From Lytechinus pictus (taxonomy: Eukaryota), in NCBI RefSeq assembly GCF_037042905.1, contig NC_087252.1, forward strand, positions 7,318,001-7,382,000: a DNA stretch of 64,000 nt, given 5' to 3'. The notes under the pieces were generated by a model, which searched no databases, had not been told where the DNA came from, and worked only from the letters and a program-made list of their open reading frames with translations. The position numbers and the translations under genes are program-made. This document shows positions 12,091-24,880 of the stretch, piece after piece (the stretch's first letter is position 1; every line of letters starts with the position of its first letter).

Positions 12091-12590
12091 GGACGCACTA
12101 TTACCTGTTAAAACCAGATAACAAGATTCACTGGACCGAATCTATTCTCTGGTTTTAACAGGTAATAGTGAGTCCAAGAATTGTGACCGGTAGTGTATGT
12201 GGGCAGGTTCATGTTTAAGGATACTTCAATAAAAAAGTTATATCCTCTTAGCCAGGATAAAGACCTGCACTAAGTAAAAGTAAATTAGCAAAACTGAAAA
12301 TTCCAGTTTATATTTCCATCACTTGTAAGTGATGGAAATAGGGAAAGTTTAATAGGCCCTCAGCCTTCTGAAAACAAGGCTGAAAACAGATGTCTGAAAT
12401 GAGTGAGATAGTATGACACAACCCCACCTTTACTTTAAGTTTTTTTCATATAACAACTCTCATGAAATAAGTTGTTTGATTTTGTCTTGTTATGAATGAT
12501 AGCGCCCGCCCCTCTCCCAATTGTTATGGAAGCAGATTACGCTTCATTTCCTTGTTCTTTCATTTTGCATTCAGGCTAGTCAAGGACATA

Positions 12591-13721
12591 ATGGCATCCT
12601 CGTCAGGTAACATGGACCAGAAGACTGCCAATGTCCTGTTTGAGGAAGGTGCTGCTCTGGTCCTTCTCAACGTCCCTCCTGGGACAGAGTTTGGCATCGA
12701 TTACAATTCCTGGAACACTGGCAACCGCTTCAAAGGAGTCAAGATGATCCCACCCGGGGTGCACTTTGTCTATTACAGTGCAGTGAACTTGAAAAGCAGA
12801 GACTGCGCACCAAGGACAGGGTTCTTCCATTGCTTCAAACCTCGGGAGATTGTCATCAAGAGATGGGATGGAGGGATTGAAGACTTGGTAGATGTGAAAG
12901 TGACTGATAGTTCCAATCAGGATGAGAAAGCTCAGCTTCAAGAATGGGACCCATTCCTCGGAGCTTACCCTTATGAGAGCCTGAAACGCTGGGTTTCTTT
13001 GACTAATCTTATCAGTGAGGATACTGTGACGCGCCTGTCGCCGCTGAGTGGACAGATTGTATCAGTGGCCCAGCTAGTCCCTGACATGGCTACCAGGACA
13101 ACGGCAGATCGGAAGCTGATGGCAGAAGCCAACAAAGAACTCCTGAAGAGCAAGAATCCTGAGGACCACCTTCCTCAGATGCATCGGAAAGCAGGAACAG
13201 AGATCAGGTTCTCCAAGATCTCCAAACAGAATTACCCAGAGGGCGCAACGCCCAAAGAGATCACCAAGTGCAGCCTTGATCACACCTTCACACTGGACAA
13301 ACTCCTGTTGGAGAACTATCCTACAGACTCTCAGGGTCTCCTAGCAGAGCTTCAGCTTGCCTTTGTCTGCTTCCTCATCGGTCAAGTCTATGATGCCTTT
13401 GACCAATGGAAGAGGCTTGTCCACCTTCTCTGTTCTTGCATTGAAGCAATGTCCACTCACAGTGGACTCTATTCTACACTGGTCAATGTCCTGCACTTCC
13501 AGGTCAGGGAGATCCCATCGGATTTCTTTGTGGACATTGTCTCCAGCAATAACTTTCTCACGGTAACCCTGAGAGATTTTTTCATGAATTTGACTCAGTC
13601 CGAAGCAGAGGGAGCACTGAAGGAGAAAGGCAGGAAGTTCAAGAAGAACCTGACTAAACATTTTACTTGGGATTTTGATGAAGAACCAGAGGATGAAGCC
13701 CCTGTTGTTGTTGACCTTTGA
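12591..13721 (+). CDS. AAR2: AAR2 splicing factor homolog (U5 snRNP assembly), 376 aa, single coding exon
   Basis: Characteristic AAR2 motifs: LLNVPPGTEFGIDY, FKGVKMIPPGVHFVYYS, APRTGFF, LGAYPY, LLAELQLAFVCFLIGQVYDAFDQWKRLV, DFFVDIVSSNNFL and C-terminal EDEAPVVV. The start is set at the first ATG after the acceptor at 12574. Confidence 0.96.
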   Translation: MASSSGNMDQKTANVLFEEGAALVLLNVPPGTEFGIDYNSWNTGNRFKGVKMIPPGVHFVYYSAVNLKSRDCAPRTGFFHCFKPREIVIKRWDGGIEDLVDVKVTDSSNQDEKAQLQEWDPFLGAYPYESLKRWVSLTNLISEDTVTRLSPLSGQIVSVAQLVPDMATRTTADRKLMAEANKELLKSKNPEDHLPQMHRKAGTEIRFSKISKQNYPEGATPKEITKCSLDHTFTLDKLLLENYPTDSQGLLAELQLAFVCFLIGQVYDAFDQWKRLVHLLCSCIEAMSTHSGLYSTLVNVLHFQVREIPSDFFVDIVSSNNFLTVTLRDFFMNLTQSEAEGALKEKGRKFKKNLTKHFTWDFDEEPEDEAPVVVDL

Positions 13722-14369
13722 ACTTTTAATTACTCTGCTATAAGGTCAAATTTCTCTTTTAGTTGAACATATTTGCATGGTCCAACATCATCGAAGGCTC
13801 ATGCCACATTTTTATCCAATTTTAAGTTAAGCCAAAATACAGATCTACAGTAGATCCTTTTGTTTCACATTTATTTTTGATTAATGATTTCTACAGAGCT
13901 TTTTACTAACATTATTCGTCATCTGACAAGCTTTCAGATCTGACAATTTTCTGAATTTTAATTGGCTGACAAGCACAGGTATCTGACTGTTACTATGCCG
14001 TGTGGTAACTGTCAGATAAATCTTCTGACGTGTCCTTCATGAAAGGCTCTCGGGAAAACTTGTAGGCTTGTTTTTATAATGTGTATTGGTGATACCTGAA
14101 GCCTATTTGAAAACACCATGACAGGGTACTAATTATTTGTCAAATCCAAATTAGACAACACATGTATCAATGAGGATATTTTTACAAGATTTTTTTTTTG
14201 TCCGTTGAGATTTTTTAAAATCAAATGTGCTGAATGTAAACTTCAGCTGAATGTTTATAACAAACTAAATATACCAACAATTTGTCAGGTTTTTAATTAT
14301 GTGGTGATCAAACGTTCCAAATAAGTTCTAATTGAATTTTTTGAAGGAATAGGCTTAATTTAGTAAATG

Positions 14370-14375
14370 AATAAA
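14370..14375 (+). terminator. Candidate AAR2 polyadenylation signal
   Basis: AATAAA about 650 nt after the stop, followed by GT/T-rich sequence. Confidence 0.45.
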
Positions 14376-14481
14376 GAATTGTGGATGTTTATTTTCCTGA
14401 GAACTGGTTCTGATAGTGTATCGCTGTATAACCTGTACCTGTTCTTACTGAGTGTATTACAATATAACTAGCTGCTATTAA

Positions 14482-15058
14482 AGGGATGGTCCAGGCTGGA
14501 AATATTCATATCTCAATAGAGTAAAATTCACGGAGCAAAATGCTGCAAATTTGATCAAAATAGGATAACAAATAAAGTTATTGAATTTGAAATATTTGCA
14601 TTATTCCAGTGAAACAGTTCTAGGCATGTCTTTATGAATATTCATTAGGTGGGCTGATGATGTCATATCCCCACTTGATCTTTTGTATTTTATTATATGA
14701 AATTAGGTTTATTCAAAATTTTTCTACCAAGAACTAACACAGTTGGATTGACAACTGATTAGGTGCATTAGTTATTTATTGCCGCAACTTATTTCATCCT
14801 AATGGAGACACATCATTTACACATGTATGAAAAAAATGAAACATTTATGATTTCATGTAATAACATAAGAAAAATGAAAGTGGGGATGTGATATTACCAG
14901 CCCACCTCATGAATATTCATGACGATGTGCATATAACTGTTTTCACAAAATATTGATAAACTTTAAACTTCAATAACTTTGTTATTTGTTATCCGATTTT
15001 GATTGTGAATTTTACTCTATTTATTTAGATATAAATATTTTCAGCCCGGACCATCCCA
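14482..15058. mobile_element. TTAA-flanked MITE with long TIRs (Kolobok-like)
   Basis: TTAA|AGGGATGGTCC...GGACCATCCCA|TTAA; arms about 200 bp; second copy in opposite orientation at 49415-50005. Confidence 0.85.
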
Positions 15059-16180
15059 TTAATGCTTGTTTGTGAATTGCATCATTTTTGGCTAATCAGT
15101 AACTTTGTGTTTTTTAATACACCACCTTTTTACTTCAATCTCTAGTTACAGCTTATTCTGCAGTACTAGTAAATCTGTTTTACACTCTGAGACTTTGAGC
15201 TAACATGTGAATTACATATTTTTATATAACACAATGAAATATATTCACAAGTTATGTGTTTTTACTTCTTTTATGTTTGTAATGAAATACAAGACCAGAA
15301 TTTGCTATTATTCGTTAAATTCTAGGGTTGAATGCAACCGCAGTGAGCATTCTTCTTTTATTGTTTTCTTACAATTTGAAAGTGTTGTAGATGGCTACAG
15401 GTTCTGACTCATATGACCATATCATCTCCATATGTACATCATATGATTTCTTTTACAGACCATTGAGGTATATGTAAGCCGTATAGAGGATGTACTTGAA
15501 TTGTGTAATTTGGTACCCTCTTCCCTTTTATATGTGCATAAATATCGCATGGAGATTATATTTCTGTGCAGCAGCCATACGGATGTTTTACGTAGCCTTG
15601 CGATCTCTTTGTTTACCGCTATTTTGGTCTCAAGTGAGACTTCATAAAATGTCACAGCAGAAGCTTTTCATGTTATGGATGTATCGTAATAAATAATGAG
15701 GCGGGGCTGCATAAGCCCCCCCCCCCCACACACACACACACACACACTCCCTCTAGTCAATTTAGGGTTAGGCTTTCTATGAATCTCCTTCTACATGTAA
15801 TGTTTGAATTTGATATCATTTTTTTTCACTTTTCTGCCATACATACTTCCGATCATTCAGGTTATCCTACCAATACTAAAAAATTAAGCAATAAAAATGT
15901 ACCTTTTATCAAATTTTGTTTTGTGAGAGTTGATGTTAGATCTCAAGGATCATGACATCCCCCCCCCCCCCTTTACCTTTTGGAAATATTGACATTTCTC
16001 ACTTTCTTTCCATTCTTCTATCATATTTTGTGAGAATTATGTCTGGAAATGCATTTCATAAAGGTCTGATTTTACTTGCACCATGAAAAGTGTGTTATAT
16101 GTTACAGTTCTATCACAGAATTCAAGATATTTATTTCTGTGACCATGTCTGAGGGGTTCTTTTCAAATCACTCTAGTCAA

Positions 16181-17362
16181 TTTTTGTCTCGCCTGCATAG
16201 CAGAGCGAGACTATAGGCGCCGCTTTTCCGACGGCGGCGGCGGCGTCAACATCAAATCTTAACCTAAGGTTAAGTTTTTGAAATGACATCATAACTTAGA
16301 AAGTCTATGGACCTAGTTCATGAAACTTGGACATAAGGTTAATCAAGTATTACTGAACATCCTGCCTGACTTTCAGGTCACATGACCAAGGTCAAAGGTC
16401 ATTTAGGGTCAATGAACTTTGACCATGTTGGGAGAATTATTTTCAAAATCTTAACCGAAGGTTAAGTTTTTGAAATGACATCATAACTTAGAAAGTATAT
16501 GGACCTAGTTCATGAAACTTGGGCATAAGGTTAATCAAGTATTAGTGAACATCCTGCCTGAGTTTCAGGTCACATGACCAAGGTCAAAGGTCATTTAGGG
16601 TCAATGAACTTTGGCCAAGTTGGGGATATTTGTTGAATTACCATCATAACTTTGAAAATTTATGGATCTAGTTCATGAAACTTGGACATTAGGTTAATTA
16701 AGTACCACTGAATATCCTGTGCGAGTTTCAGGTCACATGACCATGGTCAATGGTCATTTAAGGTCAATGAACTTTGGCCGTGTTGGGGGTATATGTTTAA
16801 TTACCATCCTAACTCTGAAAGTTTACGGATCTAGTTCATAAAACTTGGACATAAGAGTAATCAAGTATCACTGAACATCCTGTACGAGTTTCAGGTCACA
16901 TGACCATGGTCAAAGGTCATTAAAGGTCAATGAACTTTGGCCGTGTTGGGGGTATTTGTTGAATTACCATCCTAACTCTGAAAGTTTATGGATCTAGTTC
17001 ATAAAACTAGGGATATAAGAGTAATCAAGTATCACTGAACATCCCCTGTGAGTTTCAGGTCACAAAACCAAGGTCAAAGGTCAGTTAAGGTCAATAAACT
17101 TAGGCCATGTTGGGGTAATTGCTGAATTGCCATCATAACTTTGAAAGTTTATAGATAGAGTGAATGAAATGTGGACATGGGTGTAGTTGACAAGTCTTAA
17201 GTCACCGTTCAAATGTCATTTATGGTCAATGAACGTGGTATTATGTCATTATATGAATGGTGTTTTTGTGAATGATTATTTTATAGTAGTTTTCAAAGTT
17301 AGCACTGCTGCTATATTAAATCGCGTAATGCAGGCGAGACTGCCAGAGGCGTTCCACTTGTT
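16181..17362 (+). mobile_element. Helentron-associated / DINE-1-like non-autonomous element with central ~163-bp tandem repeats
   Basis: 5' TTTTTGTCTCGCCTGCAT, nearby inverted GCGAGAC, (GGC)n microsatellite, 5+ tandem units (periods 192, 163, 163, 164), 3' subterminal inverted copy ATGCAGGCGAGAC, and an end in a TT context. Confidence 0.8.
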
Positions 17363-18689
17363 TGTATTTCTTTGTCTCATTTCTTATACTAGTATATCAT
17401 TTTCTTTCCATTTTTTATCTCTATCTCCCTTTCCCTCTCTCTCTCATACTCTTTCTCACTCTCTTCTATTTACTCCTCTCATGATTTTACAAACTTTTAT
17501 GTATTCTCTTTTTCTACCCTCCTTATGCTCCGTTTAAATTTTCAAAATTTAGCTTACACGCAGAAACATCATATGCAAAAACAATGATTATACAAACATT
17601 TCCAAGTATTACACTTACCTTTGTTTTTGATGAGCTGTCAAAAAAGTTGCTTATCCCATCTCCATAGTTGATCCAAAATCCATGAATAGTAGACTCTCCC
17701 TTGAACACCTCCCATTCCAAACATCTCGGATGCTGCTTTCAAATTGCAATGTTCATGTATGTTGCCAATTTTATTGCCCTCGCTTGTTGGAAGTGGAACC
17801 ACCATACATGCACAGTAAATCATTCTTGTTTGTTGAGTAGGCAAAGGATAAGGCAGCTCGAGCTAAGGCCGGGGTAATAATAATAATAACTATGCGCCTC
17901 GGAATAGATTGTTCTTAGATAGATGGCACTATACAAATGCCTATTATGATGAGTCAATGATGAAAATATGAAATAATGTCCCAAAGTCTTTTGGAGAAAG
18001 GGTTGCAATCAAACGCAACTCAAAAAATCAATCGCAACTTGATTTTCAACTTATCAAGAGGTTGCATTTAGGACTTACGTATGATTTTCAGTGTTGTGTT
18101 TCATCGTAACCCGATCTGCACCAGGCTTCAGATTTCTCTTTTTTTTTTTAGATGAAAGCAAAATTGTGGGCCTGTGACACACAAAGTTGTATCCAAACCC
18201 AAGTCCATAGATCAAAGTCCCTGAATATGCACTTCTGATTGGTCAAAAATCATATCGCAGTTGTGATTATTTGCAACTCTTTTGGCAAAGGTTTCCCGAC
18301 AGTCCAAAATCATTTGCAAGAAATAAATGCGTGCAATGCAATAGAGAAAGTAATTATAATTATACCATTGCCACTCTTGAGACAAAGAAAATGCTTGAAT
18401 GCTAATTATATGAATGCTCCATAAAGTTTCCCTTTCACCAACTATAATTGCATTTGTTGCAAATGAATAGTTCTTACATTGAATAGATATTGGATACATG
18501 TATTGAAACCATGTTGGGGAAGTGTGACGCATTGGAAAGTGAAACTAGTCATATCTTTCTGGAGAAAAGGATGTGAAATTTCTGTGTAAATCATGATTGC
18601 TGCTCTAATTGGAATTTACTTCAGAGTTATTTCCTCCAAATTCATAGTTTCAAGTATAAAATTCAACATGTATTTCAATTTGCACTTCT

Positions 18690-19250
18690 TTCTACTCTGT
18701 ACCCCCCCCCCCTGTTTGCTCATATACTAGTCACCTTTCCACCCTCTCCCTTCCTCTTGCCCCCTCCCCCGCTCACTTATTTATTTCTATATCCCCCCCC
18801 CCCTCCGCTTGTTGCTCATTCAATTTCTCTATCTTCAATCCTCTCCCTTTATCTTGCCCCCTCCCCCACTCACTTTTACTTTCTGTATCCCCCCCCCCCC
18901 CCGCTTGTTTCTCATTCACTCTTTCTCCATCTTCAATCCTCTCCCTTTATCTTGCCCCCTCCCTCCCCCACTCACTTATTCTATCTGTATCCCCCCTTTC
19001 CGCTTGTTGCTCATTCAATGTTTCTCTATCTTCAATCCTTTCTCTCCACCCCTCCCTCCCCCCCCCCCCCCATGCTGGCTCATTCACTCATATTCTATGT
19101 TCCACCCCTCCCCCATATCTCTCTCCACCCCTACCCTGCTTTAATAGTCACTCTTTCTCCATCTTCCACCCCTCTCCGTCTCTCCACACCCCCTTCCTCT
19201 CCCCCTCCTCTCTCTCCCTCCCTCCTCTCTCTCCCCTCTTCTCCCCCAAA
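18690..19250. repeat. C/T-rich ~97-bp minisatellite and pyrimidine tract
   Basis: TCTTGCCCCC recurs at about 18755, 18852 and 18950, with long C runs. Confidence 0.8.
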
Positions 19251-20470
19251 CTTATTGTAAGAAATAATTTCATACAATATCAATGACAAACAAAATAAAC
19301 TATTTTTATGCATTCTTGCCACCAAATTTCATATATATACTTTATTTCTGGCTTAAAACAATAAGTTTTTAGTACATTTTCGATTTAAGCTTTTTAAAGA
19401 AATTATACACAACACATTGACATGTATAGTCACATGTATTTTACACAGTATACCACATACTACCGACCTTAGATTAATATAATTCAATGAAAAAGATTAC
19501 AATTATACAAATGCAATGATGAAATCAATAAACGTATCTTACTTTACATATCTGATATATTCATTTCATAAAAATACAAGACATTTTCCTGTTTTACTTA
19601 AGCTTTACTATATGTTTGCATATAATACATTTCTTTATTTTTATAATACAGTATATCATGTAAAAAAATCATCGGATAATTGTGATGAAAAACAAAAAAA
19701 TAACAATTTCACATTTGTATTTGCATTTCAATGAAAGATGGTTATGGTAAAAGTGCGCTTTCATTAAATTTCATATACATAACCACAAAAATATGAGTAC
19801 TTTCATGTCAATCAAATTCTGACAAGCATTAATATAATAAGCAAATTCTTCCAGATGTCGGAGCAAATATTGAGCCTTTCTTTTTCTCTCCTAACAAGCC
19901 TTTTATATAAAACAATGAGAAATATTAGGCAGAGTGTTATCTAGGCATGTTATTAAACATCATTTGTCAATAAAAAAATATGACTACCGGTATCACAATG
20001 TTTAGTGCATTGCTGAAAGCCACCATTCATCACATGATGTTATTTTTCATCCACTGATGAAATTTCAAAGATACCATAGACACTATACAAGGTATATATA
20101 TATTAACCAATGAAAATGTTAGACAATCTCTGATCAAACTAGCTTACAATTCAGCATATCTCAAATCCTTAAGTACAGTATTGTGTCTAAAAAATTAAGG
20201 TAAAAACGAATATTTCACAATATAAGAATAGATCAAAGAAACATCAACTTTCTCTGATGTGAGTAGAGTGATCATCAAATTGTTAAACATTATTTTGGAA
20301 AGATTATTAAATATGGTATTATCATGATGTCCTAAATTAGCTACCAATATCATATCTAATCAATAAACCAAAAGAATCAAATGATGGACAGCTTGAAATA
20401 TAACCATACAAAATTACAAATATGTACCATTCACGTTTGTCTTTAACTGCTGAACACTCTGATTCTCATA

Positions 20471-20945
20471 AAACCAGTTCTCATTATACTTTCAAAAACT
20501 AGTTACTGGAAATCGGTCCAGGAAACCAAATTGGAAGATCGCTTTGCTCGCGTTCCCATTTGATCAGCCGAAAGTGGATTTCAAAACCAATTCATGTAAA
20601 GTGGCCTTGTTGCTATGGGAACGCTCTCAGAGGGGGTGAAATGTTTCGCACAAAATTTGAAACCGCAGCGAGGCATTCTACACATAGTGTGTGGAGTAGC
20701 GCGTTCAATATGTGCGAAAATTGCATCCCGAAGAATGGGCGTGTCCTCACCTCGGCTAAAACCAATTTAACGAGGCAAAGCGATCTTGAAAACTACATCG
20801 CGAGGTGGTTTTTCGAACTGCCAGTTTGGAAGACCACTTCCAAGACTGCTTCGACCGTTCACATTACACGATTAACTAGTTTCTACTAAACTACTAAGTC
20901 TAGTTTCCACTAAACTAGTTTTAGGGCGATAATGAGAACAGGGTT
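20471..20945. mobile_element. MITE with TIR ..GTTCTCATTA; related copy at 54831-55417
   Basis: Inverted termini plus an internal sequence shared between the copies (GGAAGATCGCTTTGC, GCAAAGCGATCTTGAAAAC). Confidence 0.8.
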
Positions 20946-21429
20946 ATAGACTTTAACAGGACAACCAATTCCAGTATTCATTGGGTTAAAGGATATCTTC
21001 ATCTATATAAATGAAGCTGCAATAATAATAATCCTAATATTCAGTCCTTAGGGGGAGTTGCAAGAAAGTATTTGCGATCAATCACAATGCCAGATGTAAA
21101 TTTACAAGTGATAGGTCAATAAAACTATAAATCAGTTGCAAATTTGCAATGAAATGCACACATTTCAATCTATTTTGTGATTTAAACTGCAATTGATCGC
21201 AAGGAATGGCCCATTAGAGATGCTTAATACCGTTCCAATAATTTGTATGCATGTAATGTTTTCTGTTATAATACTTTTGACTGTTAAGAGTAACATATTC
21301 TGACCTAACAATCTTTTCATATTTTTCTGTTAATTACAAATTGAGTGCCTAATGAAGAGCTGGGTTTCAATAGGTTCTCTAAATCCGTTATTTTCAATCA
21401 TAAGAAAAAAAACTAAGAGAAAACACCTG

Positions 21430-21694
21430 GGCTCCCGTCTTACAAAGAGTTGCAATCGATCCGATCAATCTCAATTATGGAAAGCCAGCAAGGTCAACAT
21501 CTAAAATACATGATAGTTAAAAATGTTTTCTAGATATAATGTATATTCATAAATTCATTGTTTTCTCGATAATTTGGTGTGTTTGCCTGTGTTTACAAAG
21601 GACATTTCGCAAATTTCCTGTAGAATATATTACGACGCTGACGGATTTCCATAGTTACGATTGATTGGATCAATCATTAACTGTAAGACAGGGC
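21430..21694. mobile_element. ~270-bp Harbinger-type MITE (TIR GGCCCCGTCTTACAAAGAG, CWG TSD); multicopy family
   Basis: Further copies at about 27144-28167 (split), 29336-29597, 43027-43300 and 43700-44723 (split); CTG or CAG flanks. Confidence 0.8.
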
Positions 21695-21934
21695 CCTGAA
21701 ACTCGGCCATCATGGCAACTAACATGGTAACAGGGCTCAGCAGCCAATCACAATCAACGTTTCCATGGTAGTTACAATAGTTATAAGTCTTTATGAAAAA
21801 GGGCCCACACTTAAAAAAAATTTTGTTAATGCTACAATCACTCTAACAAAACTGGCTCCAAACTGACCGATGGTATATTGTTGGAAGTAACATAAGAAAT
21901 TTGGTCGATCTGGATTCGGTTTCATAGGTTCAAC

Positions 21935-22168
21935 CAGGGCTCGACATTAGCATTGGCCCGGGGCAACCAAAAATGAGAGTTGGGCCACCAAAATTCTGTA
22001 AAAGCCCACACTTGGTGGCCCGGCCAACTACTAAGGTTTTGATAAATTGTAATGTTTTCAATTGTTATAGGGCCACCAAATTTGCTTTGCGGGCCACCAA
22101 AAATATAAAATTGATGATTTTAGTGGGGAGATAGGGCCACCAAGAAAAAAAGTTACTTAAGAGCCTTG
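21935..22168. mobile_element. Small hAT-like MITE with GGGCCACC subrepeats
   Basis: CAGGGCTC / GAGCCTTG termini; flanks GTTCAAC and GTTCGAC. Confidence 0.6.
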
Positions 22169-24571
22169 GTTCGACTGGCAAATCCACAGCTTTTTTCTTT
22201 CTTTTTTAATAGGTACCAATCTGCATATTAAGGATGTGATATTAATTACTGAATTTCAATCAGAAACATATTTGGTATCTTTAAAAAGGCATTAAGCTTA
22301 TTGTATACAATTCTATCAAATTGAATACTCAATCATATCAGTAGATAAACAATGCATCAAAATTTATAAAATACAAATATAAATGGAATATTCAGTAATT
22401 AAAAGCAATGTCCCTATTTCTTCAATCAATATTTCACGCAGTACATGGATAATATTCATACTATATAGACAAACTTCAGCCAAATAAAAGTGAGAGATGT
22501 ATCCTATTTTAAAAGGAACTAGTTATAACAAAAACTTTTCCCGAATGATGATTTATAAATGCAAATTAAAAATTAAAATGATGTATATATAATATACTTT
22601 CTCTCTGTCTTTGATATCAAAATAATGTACAGCCAAAGTTTAATTCTTTAAAAAATGATTATCATGTTTGAGTTGATAAAAAGTATATTCTCATATACTA
22701 AGCTTTAAAAACAATTCAACTTTCTTTACAGAGCCAATCAGGAACTATATTTTATCTTGGCATATTTCAATACTCAAAATGATTTAGTATTTTCTGTAGA
22801 ATTTACATAATATGTGAAAGAAATTCAAGCTTAATTCTTTTAGTAATGTAAACATAAACATTTTTTTTTAAGTTGTCAAATTTACAAATATTGTTAAGAA
22901 TGAAGTGTAACATCATTCTATTAATTCAGTTTCAAAAGAAAACAAATCATCATTGTGCAATTGTATAAAAAGAGTCAAATTAAATATATTAATGGAAGTA
23001 AAATAATGATTTATATATGTATAATACATGCTTCAGTGACCATTACTTTGGAAGATTGCTTTTTTATCATTTTTGGCTTTTGTCGAATCAAGAGTCCAGC
23101 TCCTGAATGTTATGCAATGGCTCGACTTTTGATCAAGCAAAAAAGTAAAGTCTGGTTGATAAGACGAATGCTTCATCAGAGGAGGATGTGAAGACATATA
23201 CTCCATTGACAATTGCTCAAGCCCCAAGCATTTCATGACATCACAACTGTTTGTAAGAAAGCGTCCCAAAACCTGGGAGCCTTTACTCAGTCCGTGACTT
23301 ATAAAGAATTGCAACTGATTCAATCAATCTCAACTTCTTTTTATCAATCTTGAAATGATAAACATATTACTGTTTCAGAGCACATAGCTTATATATATGT
23401 ACAGGCATAATTCTTGAGCCTTTTTTGTATTTTCTGTGCTCAATAACACAAAGATTATCAATTAGTTGTAGGACTTAATTTTTATGATTGACTGTTCATA
23501 GTCAGCAATTCAATCAATCTAAAAAACAAAGAAAATCAGTCTTGCAATTAATCGCAAAGCTTCGTGTTATTCGACACAAGTTTTAGCTTGTGGCAATATG
23601 TACTAATTGCGATTTCATTAAAGCATTGACCAAAGTTCATATATCTTACTATTCAGAAGGTTATGAATATCATAAATTTCAATAGTGAAAGAATGAATAG
23701 TTCTTAAAAATACATAGTGAAAGAAAAGTTTTGATCATGAACTTTTGAAAGTGTTAAAAATGTGACTCAGTAAATTATGTTTTCCGTATGATAAACAAGT
23801 TGTATTTTCAATCACTATTAAACACTCTGAGATGATACTTTGTTCAAAAGAATAATAGATTCAGCAATGTTCCGATACACAGAGAAGCTACATGGTTTGT
23901 ATGAAGTGGTAGTAACTACAATACTACATATGATATGCCCAAGGATAAATGTGAATGCATTGAAAAGGCAAGACTACAAATAGACAATTTGCCCTCAATA
24001 GCAGTAAATATATACCATAAAATGGAGGAAATCTGATAATTCATATATACTGGAGAACTTTGAAAGTCATTATACAAATTGGCAATACTCTAATGGGCAG
24101 CCGTATGGTTAATTAGTGTTAGCGTTCTAGTACATTATTACTTTGAAACAAAGAAGAGTGACCTGTTTGAAACATGGAACCAATATAAACCATTGCTTAT
24201 TTGCTGACTTTTCTCAAGTTCTGGTACATGAACAGCTGGAACAGTGAATAACGACATGTACATGTACTCATAAAGAACATATCCGTAACAAAACTTAGTT
24301 TTGTGTTAGGATGGTTTTAACAAGAATTTTGGAACATGAACAGTTTGAAACAAAGACTAAAACTACTCATACATATTTAAACACACCCATGTTTCTATTT
24401 TGGAATATGATTTTAAAAATTTTTGAAACGTGAACAGTTTCAAGTTGACTAAAATTACTCATACATATTATCTGTAACACATTCCTATTACTGTTTTACT
24501 TTCAGAGGGGGGGGGGGGAGTGGCATTGGTACAGAAACGATAAAGTAATTTGCTTAAAAAATATTGGATTG

Positions 24572-24880
24572 TTATTGTGCTGCTGCAATTTCTTTAAGTA
24601 TCCTCCTTGCCATTGGCACGTTATTTTTGGTGATATCCAGAGCCTTGACGACTTCCTCCCGCTGGAAACCTTCTTGTATCAGGGTTCTGATTATGGCCTC
24701 CATACTGCCTACGCTGGTGACCGCCCCGACTCCAGGCGGTAGCGGGGGTCGGGGCATGGACCGGGGGGTGTTTGATTGTGGGAGAGGGGGAGGGGCGGGC
24801 TGGTGAGGATGGGGCTGGGCTGGAAGGGGAGGGGGAGGAACGGCGGGGGCTTGAGCAGCCTGGGGCGCGGGAGGGGAAGT
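24572..24880 (-). CDS. CBL: CBL terminal exon: Pro-rich stretch and UBA domain
   Basis: Pyrimidine tract and TTGCAG acceptor, phase 0. IRTLIQEGFQREEVVKALDITKNNVPMARRILKE resembles the Cbl UBA domain. Ends in TAA. Confidence 0.9.
   Translation of the reverse strand, partial: TSPPAPQAAQAPAVPPPPLPAQPHPHQPAPPPLPQSNTPRSMPRPPLPPGVGAVTSVGSMEAIIRTLIQEGFQREEVVKALDITKNNVPMARRILKEIAAAQ

Larger units (their letters stand above)
10667..12190. mobile_element. Small palindromic MITE (TA-flanked) split by a retroelement
   Basis: With the insert removed, CCAGTCACAATTCTTGGACGCACTATTACCTGTTAAAACCAGA pairs with TCTGGTTTTAACAGGTAATAGTGAGTCCAAGAATTGTGACCGG; TA on both sides. Confidence 0.8.

Noticed and set aside
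12492..12590. 33-aa N-terminal extension of AAR2 in the ORF track
   Set aside because: It crosses a pyrimidine tract and CAG acceptor at 12574 and has no AAR2-like sequence; likely intron and UTR.
18757..19260. 167-aa proline-rich ORF
   Set aside because: Translation of a C-rich minisatellite with a non-ATG start.
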